Assembly (NCBI GenBank): GCA_051294375.1
Contig: CM119263.1
Coordinates: 24,842,688 to 24,906,687 of the forward strand
Length of the DNA stretch: 64,000 bases
Source of the DNA: Paraspadella gotoi
Lineage: Eukaryota; Animalia; Chaetognatha
Direction of reading: 5' to 3'
Part shown: positions 13,146 through 27,959 of the stretch, one piece after another
How the letters are laid out: each line of letters opens with the position of its first letter
Numbering within the stretch: position 1 is the stretch's first letter
Program-made: the position numbers and the translations under genes
Notes under the pieces: generated by a model
Told to the model about the DNA's origin: nothing
The model's input: only the letters and a program-made list of their open reading frames with translations
Databases searched by the model: none

Positions 13146-13205
<60 letters not shown>

Positions 13206-13326
13206 AGAGAGAGATTTTGTAAGTGAAAAATAAGCCAAACGAATGTCCGTAAACTTTTTTTCTTCCCTCTTTAAAAACACCGCCTTGTTTTTATTACGTC
13301 TGGTTCCCTTTTCCAAAACGAGAAAA

Positions 13327-13384
<58 letters not shown>

Positions 13385-16300
13385 CACGCAGCGAGAGGCG
13401 AGAAAGTGTACACGCCCCTAAGAACATAAGAATAACCTTTTCAAATTCAAAATGACAATTTGCGAACTAATTTGCCTCGGTGGCTTAAGCGGAAGGGATT
13501 GGTGAGAGATGGTAGGAAGGTTGTGCGCGGAGAGTAAATTTTATAGTGGAAGAGAGATTAAAAAATAAAGAATAGAATAATATATGAGATAGAAACAAAA
13601 ATTACTAGAATGAGGATAGGAAACAAAAATTGTAAGGAATGAGAATAAACACAAAAACTTATAATAATGAGAATAGAAAGAGAAATTTATAGGAACAGAA
13701 GTGTTTTGTTTGGCTGCACATAAGAATTCAAGGCGTTTTTCAAGATGTTCAATACGTTTCAATCTCACAGAATTATAATCAAATTGGTTCATCCCTAAGT
13801 TTTGCCCATTGATCAATTTTTAGCGTAAATATAGAGAGTTCGATTATCTACTTTTTCTTAGTAAAATAAGGTGTTATGAAAAACAAAATTATGTAAGTTT
13901 GACTCGTACATTTAAGCAAAAAAAATTATTTGGTGAGTGACAAATTGCTCGATTATCGAAGTGAGTCGCGCGAAACCGTCTGTCGAATCTTCCAGTTTAC
14001 AGAGAAAGTGATGAGAGAACGAGAAGAGAGAGAGAGAGAAGTGAGAGAGTGAGAGAGAGAGAGAGAAAGTGAAGAGAGGAAAAACGAGAGAGAGAGAAGT
14101 GAGTAGAGGAGAGCGACTGGCCTTCCTCTCGACTAGAGGCGAGATTGAATGCTTCGCGTGAGGAATCAATCGAATCACTTTAGGGTTCGTTGGTGAAAGG
14201 TGAGGCAAAGGAAAGCTGGAGAAAGCGACAGATAGTGGATAGAGAAGTGAGAGTGAAATGAACAGTGAGAAAGAGACGAGAGAGATGAGAGAGAGGAGAA
14301 GAGAGAGAGAGGAGAGAGAGACGAGAGAGAGAGAAGAGAGAGGAGAGAGAGAGAGGAGAGAAGAGAGAAGAGAGAGAGAGAGAGAAACGCTATATGACGC
14401 AAATGACAATTGTTCGAACGGGGGAATGGCTGGGATAATTGGAGGAGAAATGGATTCCTTGTAATTTGAAAATGAGTTTTTCTCTTCTCGACGAATCGAA
14501 AGAAGGAAAAAAAATTGTGATTTTTTTCGTCAGCAAAAATTTTCATTTTTCGCTTCAAAATTGAATCTGGCAGACGTGGTCGACGTCTCTGCGCTCTGAG
14601 CCGAAGTCGATATTGAAAAATGGCTGACGAATCTAAGTTTTTCATTGGCTTTAAAAAAAATTAAATGGAATCAAAAAAGAAAAAAAAATATTATTTTCGA
14701 AAAAAAATCTTGACAAACAAGTAATTTTCTTCGGGAGTTGTTGTTGAAATAATTAATGGAATGGAGAAACAAACCTATGTCAGCTTGGTTCATGCCTTGA
14801 TTGCGTTTTATGTTAAAATTTGCGTGTATAAAAAATATAAAATGAGGGATAACGACTTCACTTTTTTTTTCCTAAAAAAACGATTAGCAAAGAATCTCCA
14901 TTAACAACAGTAATAAAAATAACACAACGACTAAGACGGATGGACGAAAGCGCTTCCCGTTTTCTGGCGCACGAAGGGGGTTTGCCACGCCGGCCGAACT
15001 TATCGTTACACCTCAGAGTTATATTTTACGGTCGAGAAGTATCGAAATTCGTATCTTCAGGCTTTCCACAGTTCTTTGCTTTTCACTTCGTCTTTTAACT
15101 CTTCATACTTTTCCTCTTCTTTTCTTCTTCATCGTTAATCCGCTCGTGTTCTCACTTTCTTCTTCATTTCTTTTTTCCTTTTTCCTCTCTTCTTTCTCAT
15201 TCGTTATCCTCATGTTCCCTTCTCATTCTCCTTTTTTTTTCCTATTCTTTTCTTCTTGCATAGGCCGTTATTCTCCTTATGTTCCTCACTTGTCTCTCTC
15301 ATTCTCGCTTTCCTTTTCCCTCTATGGTCTTTGTCTACATGCTCATCATTATCGCCGCATCGCGGGTATGCATCGAGTGTTCCTCACTTTCTTATTTCTG
15401 GCTTGTCCTTTTTTCCTTTTCTTCTTTCTCATCGTTCATCGCTCATGTTGCCTTCTATTCTCCTTTCTGTTTTCCTATTCTTACGCCTTCTTCTTCATCG
15501 TTATCGCTCATGTTCACTCACATTCTCTTAATTCTCTCTTTTCTTTTTCCCCTCTCTTCTCACATTATCGTTATCTCTCATGTTAAGACTTTCATACTTC
15601 TCATGCGCTGGTTCTTCTCGTCTTTTCCTTTTTCTCCCTTCTTTGTTGCCTTTCTAACTCGTTATCGTCTCATGCGTTTCCTCAACTTTCTTATCATTCC
15701 TCCTTTTCCTTTTTTTCCCTCCTCGTCCTCATCGTTCCTTCTGCGAGTTGTTCCACGCCACTTTCTTTTTCGCTATTCTTTCTTCTTCTCATCGGTTATC
15801 CTCATGTTCCTCACATGTCGTTCACTCATTCTCCTTTCTTTTTCCTTCTTCTTCTTCTCATCTTATCCTCATAGTCCTTCAACTGTCTTCTCATTCTCAC
15901 TTATTTTTCTTTTCCTTCTTTCTTCCTATGCTTCTTCATCGTTATCGTCGCTCTGTATGTTCCTCAACTTTCTTCTCATCTCTCTAGCTTTTCTTTTCTT
16001 CCCTTTTCATTCTCTTCTGCATTACCCGAGCAGGTTATACAGCTCTGTTTGTGGTTGCTTAGACACTAATCTCTCGCCGGTCAGCTATAATCGATAAATC
16101 TTCTTCTTCTCATTCGGGCTTCCTTCCCGTTTTTTCCTCTTCTTCTTACTTGGTGCATCCGTTTCATACTCATGTTACTGTGTGGCCAATCCTTTCTTCT
16201 CATTCTCCTTTCCTTTTTCCTCTTGTTGCTTTGCGCTCTCTTCTGTTCCACGGTTAATTTTAACATTATTGTAACTACATGTTTTTGGTTATCTCCGATA

Positions 16301-16928
16301 TCTCTGCATGTCCATAAGTTACGATGAATCCTATAATGTTGTGCTTATTTATTAAAATACTACTTGCGGTTGAGATACGGTAACAACAAACAGACAAACA
16401 TAAAACCCATTTATATATATAGTTGACCAGTGGAAATGTAAGTTCGCTGTACAAATAACAGGTAATTTACTGGACCGGCGCCGTTTTCCCGTTTAATTTT
16501 CGCCGCCCATGTATTCCAACACCTTATCTCCTTCGCCCCTAGAGTCCCAACATTTAACCCTTTGCCCCAGGATTCGTCTGCCTCGTCACGCCCTCTTGAG
16601 AGAGCCCTATGTACTTCTAAATTCCTCGGCGAGACGGCTTTGCTCATTTAACCAAAATTTTTTATACCAAATGGAGGGCTTAAAATATAACTGTAAATTA
16701 TAGAATAAACAAATAGAGCATGAAAATAATATAAATTTTAAAAAAGCAAATCAATTATTCTTAATTTTAGCAGAAAAGTGAAAAGTAGGATAAAGTTAAA
16801 ATGTGGAAATCAAAAAAAAAAAAAAGAAAAGAAAATGAAGAATAAGGATTAAAATGTGTCATTACATGATTGAAATGACGAGAAGACGAGTTTGATTTCA
16901 GTGAAGTTGAGAGATAGAAAAGAGGGAG

Positions 16929-16963
<35 letters not shown>

Positions 16964-19900
16964 TGAGAGGAGAGAGAGCGAGAGAGGGAGAGAGTAGAGG
17001 AGAGAGAGAAGAGAGCTTTTTTTCTGGAGACGAAATAAAAAATAATAAAGTAGGAAAAAAATGGTTGGCCAGTCCGCGAAACGAGTTTGAGTTGGCGAGG
17101 AGATATGCAATGAGAATGAAGGAGGAAAAAGTGAAAAGAGGGCGAGGAGATTGTAGAAGGCTGAACCCTGGGTGGGGGGGGGTGAAGTGAAACTCCTTGG
17201 CCATCGTGAATGTAAGAATGAGGGACGGGGAATGAACAATGTTAATGATAAAAGGCTGTAATTATATGAGCGAGTTAGAAATTAAAATGAGTAAAGAGAT
17301 CAGCTCCGAGTTGACGAACTTTGTGTGATAAAATAGTTTCGATAAATTAAAAAAAAAATCTCTTTTTGCAAACATAACTCAGAATTTACAATTTGGATTG
17401 GCGATGAAGGCTGAACAAATTTATTATGAAAATGTAAATACCCGACAAAAAATGATTTTTAGAGGATGTGGTTTAAGCCGGTAAAGTGAGTAAAAATAGT
17501 AATAGCAGTAGTTAAAATACCTTTAGAATTGACAAGGAAAAGTTTTAACTTTCAAGAAAATTCCATTCTAAGTGAGGAGCGACCGAGAGAGACGCCATCG
17601 GTCGCTCGAGAAGGTAAGTTTACCGAAGCAGAATGGAACGGAAACGGATGGGAATGAGGACGGAGTTTAATTTCTCTCTTTAGGTTGAAAAGGGAAGAAC
17701 AATTTCCGTCGTTAACAAATACGGATGCTGAGGTGATTTGGCACGGAAGAAGTTCTTGGGCCAAGAGAGGGAAAAGAATTTCAGATTGAGTAATAAAAAG
17801 ATATACAGTAGCGCGATTAACGTGATTAACGTTCATATGTTTACCGTCATTAGTTATTTAAATTTTATTTATCCAACTAACTTTTTATATGTTTCCGTTT
17901 GCTCGGACCTTAGTCTATGGTTGTGTGATTATAGTACTCGGCACTCGGATACCTTGTTGTATTCGATTAAATCGCATATATTATCAGATATCTCGGGAAA
18001 GGGATATACAAATTTTATACATTATAACTGGCTAAAGGTTAATTAAGTTTAACATATTTTTGCTAGCTTTCGTAAGATCGAGGGCCAGGAGTTCTTCTGT
18101 CCGCTCTTCCGCTGTGGAACGAGCAAAGATTCTGGACATTGTATGTGCGATATTCCTGACATACGATGAAAAGATAAAGAAGAAGCTTTAGTTAGTAGGG
18201 GTCTATTATTTCGGTTCTATAAGTTCCCCTGACTATTTCGATTGTAATGTCTCAATATTACTATTCCATTCTCTCTCCTCATTCGTGCCATGATTACTCT
18301 CTGGTTGCTCCCTTAGGAGCATGGTGTTCGCGAAAAAGGCGAAAAAAATGGCTGGGAGGACGGAGTCCATCACTCACGGGTAAATAAGGCGGAATGCAGA
18401 AGGAGGAAGTTTTGGCAGCTTGGAAAATTTATTCAGAAAGACCTCCTTGGCGCTGAGCTAGGAAATCAGTTCGGGAGCGAGAAGCGGAGTTAGAAAGGGA
18501 GAGAGGGAGAGAGGGATGTGAAAGAGAGAGGCGAGACACAGGAACGTATTGTGAAAGGTCTCACGAGAATTTTTATTTTTTAGAGAAGACCTCATGTCCC
18601 ACTGTTACTATCGATTGTCGTTTATCTCCGAAACATTTTATGTTTAAAACTGTCACTGTATTCGGACTTGAGTTTAACAACAATTTACTTCATGAATTTA
18701 AATAACCATGTCGTCAGTTTTTCAGTGCGGCGCCCCTCGGTTTTAATAAAACGGTTACAAGTTTTGTAAAATTTCTGCTTGAATTTTTTTTTTAGTTTTT
18801 ATTTTTTGTCCTTTTTCAATTTGTTCTAAACTCATACCCAGCTGTTTCTTTAAAAAAAAATAAGAAAAAGCTTTTTTTTTCTGACCTCGAGCGTGCTCGG
18901 GTTATTTTCCAAACGGCCTCGCTGCTTTCATGGATACCAAAGCATTTTTCTCCTCCTTTCGTTATCGTCGTCGTCGTCGTCGTCATCGTCGTCCTCAGGT
19001 CGTCCGTCGTCCGCCGTCCATATTTTAATCCTGTTTTTTTATCTTGGCTTGTTGTTCTGTTTGTGTATCCGACTGTCCTGTTTCTTTTTCGGTTTTTATT
19101 TGTTGCTCTGTAAAAAAAAAAACACAAAAACGAAAAAACCCGGATTCGTCCGGCTCGAGGTCGGGGGACAGTCTGACACCGTGTTGTGGAGCGAAAGGAG
19201 TGGAGTCCCGGGATGTGGTGTGGATGGATCAAAGAGGGAAGTGGGAATGGGGTGTCGGGAAGAAGGGTTGGGCAAAGGGGGATACTATCGGTGATATGAC
19301 AAGAAAATATAAAGTTAGGACTGAAAGGAATGGGCGTGAGTAGATTAGTGAAATAGAGAAGAGTAAAAGGTGCGAGGAAGATGTTAGAAGCTGAGAAAAT
19401 TAAGAGAGAATAGAGAAGTGGAACAAAGGGGGAAAGGAGCCGAAGAGGAAAGCAATGAGAGACATAGGAGGCATGGAGAAACAGTAGCAAGAATAAGAAG
19501 AGGAGAGGAGCAGAGGAAATAGGAGCGGGGGGCGCAACAGGTCTCGAAAGGGTCTCTCAAGTTTCGACTGGGAGCGGCACGCGTCACTTGCGTCGGGTTT
19601 ATTTTCTGGAGAATTTCCACGAATCCGCCAAAACGACGGACGAACGACGACGACGACGACGACGTACGACGACGATGGCAGCAACGATTGAATAACCGAC
19701 GAAACTAATGGAGCGTTGCCTTAACCTGGAAAATCCTTTTCCGGTTTGGAAGCGAATGAAGGTTTCTCAATATGAACGGCGAAAAAAAAAAGACGAAATG
19801 AACGGAGGAGAAATAAATGAAAGACGAAAAGTTCACAACAAGGCACGAAATGAAGTAAAAACATTTTTAAGCCAACTTATAAATAACAGTCCGTTTACAA

Positions 19901-20888
19901 CAACGATTACTTTAATTATACTTAGAATATATAAAGAAAAGCAAGTGAAATAAGTAAAAAAGTGAAATAAATATACAATCAATGAAAATAAGAAACGGTC
20001 GAGTTACCTAAATAGTAAAACAAACAAACGACGTCAACGACGCATTCGGATGACGTCGACGACGAGAAATAGGGATGACGACGACGATTAAAAAAAAGAA
20101 ATTCGGAAGCGAGGACTGGAGAAGCGATGCGCGCGACATTCTCGCCAAGTTCTATTTTTTACCGAAATAAAAAAAACCCCCGCTTATCCGAATCCAGGGA
20201 AAGAAATTTCTTCCCACGCGAGATTGTTTGCTAATCCTTTCCCTTTTTTTTCATTCTATCACGCCATCTCTCCCTCCTCCCCGCTTTTCACCCTCTCCTC
20301 CTTCTTGCCCCCCCCCCCAACTTTTTCCCCAACTCCCTCTTCGCCTGCGTTTCTCACAACAAAAGTCCCGAAAAAAATTTCTCACTCGAGTCCTCGGTTC
20401 CGAATTCGATTGGGGGAAAAAAAGGAGTTTAATGGCATCACAACATCCGATAACCGCATGACCGAATTCTACTTATTTATTTTTCGCGATTATTCAAAAA
20501 AAACACTTTTACTCTTCCCGCTTCTCTTTTCTTTTTCCTAGCTTTGCTTTTTGTTTTTTGCCCTTATTTTCCTCCCTTCTTTCCCCTAATTCCTACTCCC
20601 TTCCTCTCATTTCCTTCCTTCACCATTGCCTTCCTCCCTCCTCCCCCTAGATACCCGTATCTTCTTCCTCTTCCTTTCCGTTTCTTAGGCAATACCCCCT
20701 CCATCGTGTGTGCGCTTGTGCCTCTTTCTTCCATTTACATTCAACTCTCCCCTCTCCTCAACTTAGCCTTCAACTCCAACAAACTTTTGTCGCTTTCCCC
20801 TTTTCTCTCTCGTTCCTTCCCCTTGCCACCGCTTACCGCTATCAATCGTACCCCCTGCCTGTCATCTCAACCCCCCCACCCAGCTGCC

Positions 20889-21788
20889 TCATCCTCGTGA
20901 GGAGAGACGGCGCTCCCGAATCCGTTCTGCGTCGCTGCGCCGACAGGAATATAGACTTCGATACTGCGGAGCGCGCCGATTGCGACAGCGTCCGATGCTG
21001 CATTTGGATGCGGCATCAGACGCGGGCATCATCGAAGGAAGGCGAGGACGGAGTTCCGACTGCGGCCAATTGATCCAGTTCCAAGACTGGGGCGTTCTTT
21101 CCATCAAACACGACACGAATTGTCCGCTGTCATCAACTCATGTAACCAAATAGGGGCGTCCAGTTGGGGACATAAAATGTGGGACATTGTCTTCGAGGAC
21201 ATATGAAATATGGGTGTCAGTTTTTTTGTAAAGACTATGAGATTATAGACGGCCATTCATTGTGCCCCAAATAGAATCGGGCCTCCCATTGCATGAAGAC
21301 AAGGGAATACGTGAAATGTGAACAAAAATGTATTTTTCTTGCTATCGGAAAAGATTTTTAAAAATAAAAAATACCATTTTGGTTACGTAGTTCAATCGGG
21401 TTGTCCATCGCGTTTGGAATTTCGCTTTCGCCTGGTCCGTCACAATATGCAAAGGTCGCACCACCATCCGATCCATTGTAATGGCAAACGATCAAATTCC
21501 GGTCACTGTCCTCAAACACGGTCGTCAAACGGAAAGAATGTACATTGTAACAAGCCGGACCGCCGCCATGTCGGCAATCGGCGAGAAGTGATTTGCGCGT
21601 CGAGGGCAATGAAGCTGTTTCCGACCTTTCATCTTTAAACTGTTTTCGTCCCTTTATCTTGCGGAAATTTATGCGCATGATAAACATTGTCGCCGGTGGC
21701 CGCCGCGGTCCCCCGCAGGCCGGCGCAACGGGCGTCTTTGCTACCGAAGACGACTGGGCCGGGCGGGGCGAAGACGTATTCTTTTCGT
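20889..21788 (-). other. WDR54: Duplicate, indel-rich copy of the two 3' WDR54-like exons (~21375-21788 and ~20889-21310)
   Basis: Collinear with 55340-56143, with the same tag|ACGAAA acceptor and AAAATG|gt donor. Confidence 0.5.
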
Positions 21789-24700
21789 CTACGTCAATTG
21801 AGATACTAGTGAAACTACTCGTCGACAGAGAGAACTCGAAACACCGTGAGAGAGGGAGAAGAGAGAGAGAGAGAGAGAGAAGAGAGAGAAGAGAGAGAGA
21901 GAGAGGATAATGAGACGGAGTCTCTTTCTGCCGAGTATTTTGCATATTGTCGTCATCTCAATAGCAGACGAACGACGCGCCGGTCCACATCTCGGAATGG
22001 AATGGAAGATGGGGCGACTCCAACCGGCTCGTCGTAAGAAGAAAAAAAATTGAGAAAAAAAATATAAAAAATATATATAGTGAATAGCGCATTAGGCGAA
22101 GTCGGGGGATGGCGCTCGTATGACCGAAGAAATCTATAACCCCGGCTCCCGCGACCGGCAAGTTCTCGCCCGTTTTAAAAACGCCCGACCAGGCCCTCGC
22201 CCCGACAGGCCCTCCCTGTTTTCCTTCGCTCCTGAGAAATACCGGTTTTTTTTTGTCATTTACTTTCGGAAATTAGCCACGATTTTTTAACCCAAAGAGG
22301 GAAAAATGGTTTTAGAAAAATAGTGAATAAAATAAGTTTTCTTTATTTTTTTCACTCGAGTGCTACGATTATCCTTAACGGGGTCTAGATGAATGAGGCA
22401 TAGGCGAGGCGAAGAAAGGAAAGAAGAAAGAAAGAAAGAGAAAGAAATAAATAAATAAATAAATAAATAATAAATAAATAATAAATAAATAAATATAAAA
22501 GAATAATAAATAAATAAAGAATAAAGAAAGAAAGAAAGAAAGAAAGAAAAGAAAGATAAAGAAAGAAAGAAAGAAAAGAAAGAAAGCAAGAAAAGAAAGA
22601 AATTTGGGAACTCAAATGAAAAGAGAAGAAGAAGAAAGAAAAGAAAAGAAAAAAAAGAAAGAAAGAAAGAAAGAAAGAAAGAAGAAAAGAAAGAAAGAAA
22701 GAAAGAGAGAAAGAAAGAAAAGAAAGAGAGAGAGAGAGAGAGAGAGAGGAGGCAATAAATGCGGCGATAAGTGAAAAAAAGGAGGGGAAACCAGATGAAG
22801 CTAATGAAAGTAAAAGGTAAAATAACAGAAAAAGGGAAATTAAGTCGAAAGACGAGGCACAAAAAAAAAAAGTAGACGAAAAAAAATTCCAGGAGAAAAA
22901 AAAGGTTAAAAATAATAAAGAAAAAAAAGAAGATGAAAAGAACGTTTTTCTTGTTTTTTTAACGGTACGGAGGACTCACCGCTGCCGTCGGCTCACAAAA
23001 AAAGGCGATCGCTATGTATTCCGCTGAAACTAAAATGGCTCGAATAAAGAGGCGGAATGGCCTCGCATATTTTTATCGATTTAATGTGAGGAGCCTCCAC
23101 GTTTTTTTTTCGTTGTTAGCGAGAAGGCCCGGGCAGCGAGGGCGATCCACACGATGGGATTGATCAGACCCCGGCTGCCGACGACGAAAATAGCGACGAT
23201 AACGATGACGAATACGACGATATCGATCATGAAAGCCGTTAAGAAACAATGAAGATCGACAAGAAATGTATAGCGAGTATATGACGTTAATATAACGACT
23301 ATATTAACGTTATTAACGACGTTTGTGAGGATATCGATCGAAATCAAAATGACGGTAACGAATGACGAAGATAATGCATTGGACAAAAAAAAAAAAATTA
23401 AATCCTTAAAATTATCTTTGACTTTGAACTAATGGATTATTATTATGGCTAATCGGCTATTAAAGAGTCTTTGTCAATGACCTTTAGTCACGAATTGCTT
23501 TCCGAATGACAATAATATCTCCGTCTTTTTCAAAACAACGAAATAATAATTACAAGAACGATAAATAATGACAAAGACAACGGCTAACGGAGAAACTCTT
23601 AGTCAGCTTCTTTTAAAAACCCCCCTAATAGAAGAAGGGCCGACGAGGGCCCGTTACGTCCGCCCGCCGACGACGCACCTGCCTGGAACTCCTGTCGGTC
23701 GGCGTCGTTAAGGCGCTAAGCAGCAACACATCATATCGGGCCGCCATCTTTTTAGGGGGTGGGAGAAGGGGGGCGCTAAAAAGGCGGTCGAGTTCAACAT
23801 TTCGTTTCCATATCTTTGCGCCTTTGTTCTGTTTCTTTTTCTCCCGGGGTCAACTCAACTCCGCCCCTTCCGCCCCCCCCAGGCATGTCGCTGCCCACTC
23901 ACTTCCAGTGCCTTTCATCGCCAAAGGTCATTCATTGCTTCGCTTCGGAGAAAATGCCATCCTCTCACGGACGGGGAGGAGCTGCGGACAATCCTTGGCG
24001 CCTGATGGGAACCAAAAAACTGGCCGAACGGGGATAGTTCTTTGTTTTCCGCGCCCGGCGGTGGAAAAGCCGAAAACGGGTCGATCGATGGGCTGAAATG
24101 TGGTCAATAAAAGTCATCGACCGATATCGATGAACCTTCTGTCCTGATGTAATACTGCTGATCGTGATGTTAATATAGTATATGGACTGCTCAAATGTAA
24201 TTGCGCAAGGTTAGGTTCGATATTTTAAAAATCGACGACGCCCGAGCATTGGCGGCCGTTTCCACCCACAAGATAGATGGCACTTAAAATTGGCCGCACG
24301 AATCACCGGCGCCCTAAAAAGAAAGTAGGCACTTTATATCATGGCGCTTTAATCACAAGCACCCGAAAAATAGTTGGAACATTTTAAATTGTTACCGTCA
24401 ACCCTGGCGTCCCCGACGGTATATTGGCAGAAAAAAATGGCGCCCTAACTGTCGGCGCCTAGCAATCGTGCTTCCAAATTTGAATGGTCAGCGAGAACGT
24501 GAATTCCGGTCAGAAGAGAAGAAGAAAGGAAAAGGAGGAGGAGGAGAGATTTTTAAATTTTTCCTCGTTTGCCTCTTTTTTTTTTTTTGTCAAGGGAAGG
24601 AAAAAGAGGAAAGAAATTAAAACAAAAAGAGCAAGATGAGAAGCAAGAGGAACTCTCGACAGAAAGAAGGGTATAACTAAATTAAACAAAAGAGAGATAG

Positions 24701-24948
24701 AAAGAAAGAAAGAAAGGAAGAAAAGAAAAAGAAAGAAAGAAAGAAAGAAAGAAAGAAGAAGAAAGAAAGAAAAGAAAGAAAAGAGAACAATGAATAACAG
24801 AGAAAAATAGAAGCAAAGAAAAAGAGAAAGATTTGAAAAAACAGACAGAGCAAAAAAGCTAAAACCGCGTTGTTTTTCGCTGTGAAAAAACTCACACGAT
24901 TATTGCCCCAGCGAGACGCTCGATTACGACCATCTTGCGTCCTCTCTC

Positions 24949-24991
<43 letters not shown>

Positions 24992-25000
24992 CTCTCTCTT

Positions 25001-25031
<31 letters not shown>

Positions 25032-25821
25032 CTTGCTTTCTCTCGATCTCGTGAAGCCTTGTCATCCAAAAATTCCCGCCTCGCGACTTCAGTGAACCGA
25101 GTGAAAAATGTCTTCGAAACCCAAGTCACCGCCTCCGTTTCAATGAGGTTGGGGGGGGAGAGCTGACGGGAGAGAGGGGGGGTTGAATAGCGGCTGAAGG
25201 AGTATTGAGAAAGGAGGAGGACAGGGGGAAGGGCGGAAGGGGCCTTGACTGCCGCTCGCTTCTTTTTATTTTTATTTTTATTTATTTTTTTTTCTCGTTT
25301 CGGTTTTTTCGAAACGAGAATCAATAAATGTTTGACGTTTTTTTGTCCCAGAGTTTCGCAAGAAAAAGATGTTCGCGCTTAACCGAACTGGGGGCTGGGT
25401 CGAGCTGAAAGAGTTGGGGGTAACATAGCCGTCCGGGGGTGGCGCGGCGCGGGGCCGGGGGGTTACAGAAGAATACGCACAGGACAAGGCTTCGCGTTTC
25501 GGCATATTTCCGCGCGGGCGTGGCGACCACGAAATTGATTTGATACGAATTCAAAATTCGCATGAATAAGTAACTGCTTGGGGTTTTCGCCCGACTAGGT
25601 CTTGGTTGTATTTTTTTTATATTTATAATTTCTAAATTTGACACTTTGGTCAAATTATTAACAATATTAATGAATATTGAAGAATCCAGAGAAATAAAAC
25701 AAGAAATCAAGCTACATACGTAAGGACGAGTTATTATTTAAAATTTGAGTTGATGTTTTGGGGAATAAAAAACTAAGTAAAGGCGTGTAGTAGGCGGGGT
25801 ACTATTCATATGAGAGAGAGA

Positions 25822-25827
25822 GGCGTG

Positions 25828-25885
<58 letters not shown>

Positions 25886-26006
25886 TTTTCTCGTTTTGGA
25901 AAAGGGAACCAGACGTAATAAAAACAAGGCGGTGTTTTTAAAGAGGGAAGAAAAAAAGTTTACGGACATTCGTTTGGCTTATTTTTCACTTACAAAATCT
26001 CTCTCT

Positions 26007-26066
<60 letters not shown>

Positions 26067-26279
26067 GAATAGTACCCCCGCCTTACTACACGCCTTTACT
26101 TAGTTTTTTATTCCCCAAAAACATGCAACTCAATTTTCAGTTAAGAAAAAAATGAGTCGAACTGAATTGAAAATTATTGAGGTGAAGGTGAGCGAGAATT
26201 ACCACCGCGGGAATTCTACTCAACTTGAAGCCGGCGTTTGTTTTAGCTTAAGTGGAGGTAATAATAGATCAGAGTTTTG

Positions 26280-26310
<31 letters not shown>

Positions 26311-26318
26311 CGAGAGAG

Positions 26319-26350
<32 letters not shown>

Positions 26351-27928
26351 TAGAAAAGAACCTACTTTGTATAGTCTGTGTTCTTTATACGTTAGCGTTT
26401 ATAATTATTTTTTACGTTAATCGGCCCAGTGTTTATTTAAAATATTGCCTATGAATTTGTAAATAATACTCATTTTTAAAATACCAAATATATGCATTCT
26501 AGTATTTGTTCGTCACTCGGCTTGAGATTTTAAAAACTATATTTCCTTGATAATTCTTATTATATATATAAATATATATTCTTTTGCGCTTACTTGGAAA
26601 AAGGGCTTAAAGAGCTATGACAAAAAATAATGTCAAAGTTCCGAGTTTCCTGTTAACAAAAAAAAAGAGAGTTAATAAGAGAGTAAAAGTGAATATCCTC
26701 GTTTTCGCTTTCGTCGCCAGATATCCTTTCGGCGCAGGTAATCCAAAAAAGTAATTTTTTTCGGCGGGAAGTTTGGGGAAATTCGGCGGCCACTCTCTAA
26801 TCTTAATCGGCTCGGGTCGGATAATCGAAGGAGACGGAAACAGAAGGAAAGTCTTTGGGTTTTTCGAGGGTCGGGTATTTCAGAGGAAGGTCGGGTCTGC
26901 GGAGGGCCGGGGAGGGGTCGGATGGCGGGGACCCAAATGGACTGGCGGACTCGATGGACGACTTAAAAAAAAGAGCGGACATCTGTGGAGGAAAAAAGAG
27001 GAGACGATTCCGGGTTAGAAGAATAAGTATACGGTAGATAGTTAATTTATTGTCAAATCACTTCTCAAAAAAAATGGGTGAAAAATAAAGATAACGGAAA
27101 ATTAGTATTGTTCATCGTTAATTTTTGTCAATATTGATGTCAATACTTTGTATTCTTGATCTTTTTCTTCGATATTTTACTTTCTCCTTTTCTTAAAGTC
27201 TACTTTTTGCTGTTTATCCTTTCTTTTTCCGGTTTCTTATTTTCTTATTCTTCTTTTTCCTTAGCTCTTGTCTCTTCGTCTTCTCTCTTTACCTCATGTT
27301 TCTTTTCTTTTCCCATATATTCTCTCTTTCATAATTTTCTCTCTTGCCCTTTCATTATTCTTCTTTTGTTTTCCTCTTCTTTTTTGTTTTGTTCTCTCTT
27401 CTCCTTCATATTTCTCTTTCTAGTTTCTCTATTTTATCCCTTTCCTCATGCCCTCTTTCGCTTTCTCTTTCCTACCTCCTTCTCCTCTTCCTCCTCTCCT
27501 CTTTTCATTTTCCATCCCAAAGCCGGGAGTTCGATCGAAGATTCACTGCGACCGACTTTTAATTCAAATTAATATGAGGTCGATGCCCAAAACCGAATAG
27601 AAGAGCCCACGCCATCGCCAACTTAGATTCTCGATCGCTCTTTCTCTCTCTCTCTCTCTCGTCTCTCTCTCTCTCTCTTCTCTCTCTCCTCTGCTCTCTA
27701 CTCTCTTCTCTCTCTCTCTCTCTCTCATCTCTCAAAAGTTTCGAAGATTATGGTGTCGAAAACCGGAAAAAAGTTCTTCGACTTTTGAAAAGAAAATTTG
27801 CATAAAAAGAGGAAAAGTGGGATAAAAAAAACCCCGAACACGAAATCGCCACGTTTTTCAGAAATTCGGCAAAGAGGCTTCTTCGATACTGAATTAAATG
27901 TATTATTATTATTATTATTAAATTATTA

Positions 27929-27959
<31 letters not shown>

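Larger units (their letters stand above)
2084..20080. repeat. Large inverted duplication: arms ~2084-10310 and ~11894-20080, spacer 10311-11893
   Basis: 2084 gcgtcatccctatttcg is the reverse complement of ~20065-20080; 10280-10310 is the reverse complement of ~11894-11925; landmarks are collinear throughout, differing mostly by 1-2 bp indels. Confidence 0.9.

Noticed and set aside
15279-16097. 272-aa hydrophobic membrane-protein-like ORF (copies 31771-32589, 45079-45897)
   Set aside because: It is the pyrimidine strand of the minisatellite, which lacks stop codons by composition.
2084-20080. Giant foldback/TIR transposon or palindromic amplicon
   Set aside because: No transposase, polymerase or target-site duplication. 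The left arm begins at a 25-N gap and the arms differ by read-error-like indels.
22287-22862. FFLS-, SLSL- and ERER-rich ORFs here and throughout the window
   Set aside because: They are translations of (AAAG)n, (CT)n and (GA)n microsatellites.
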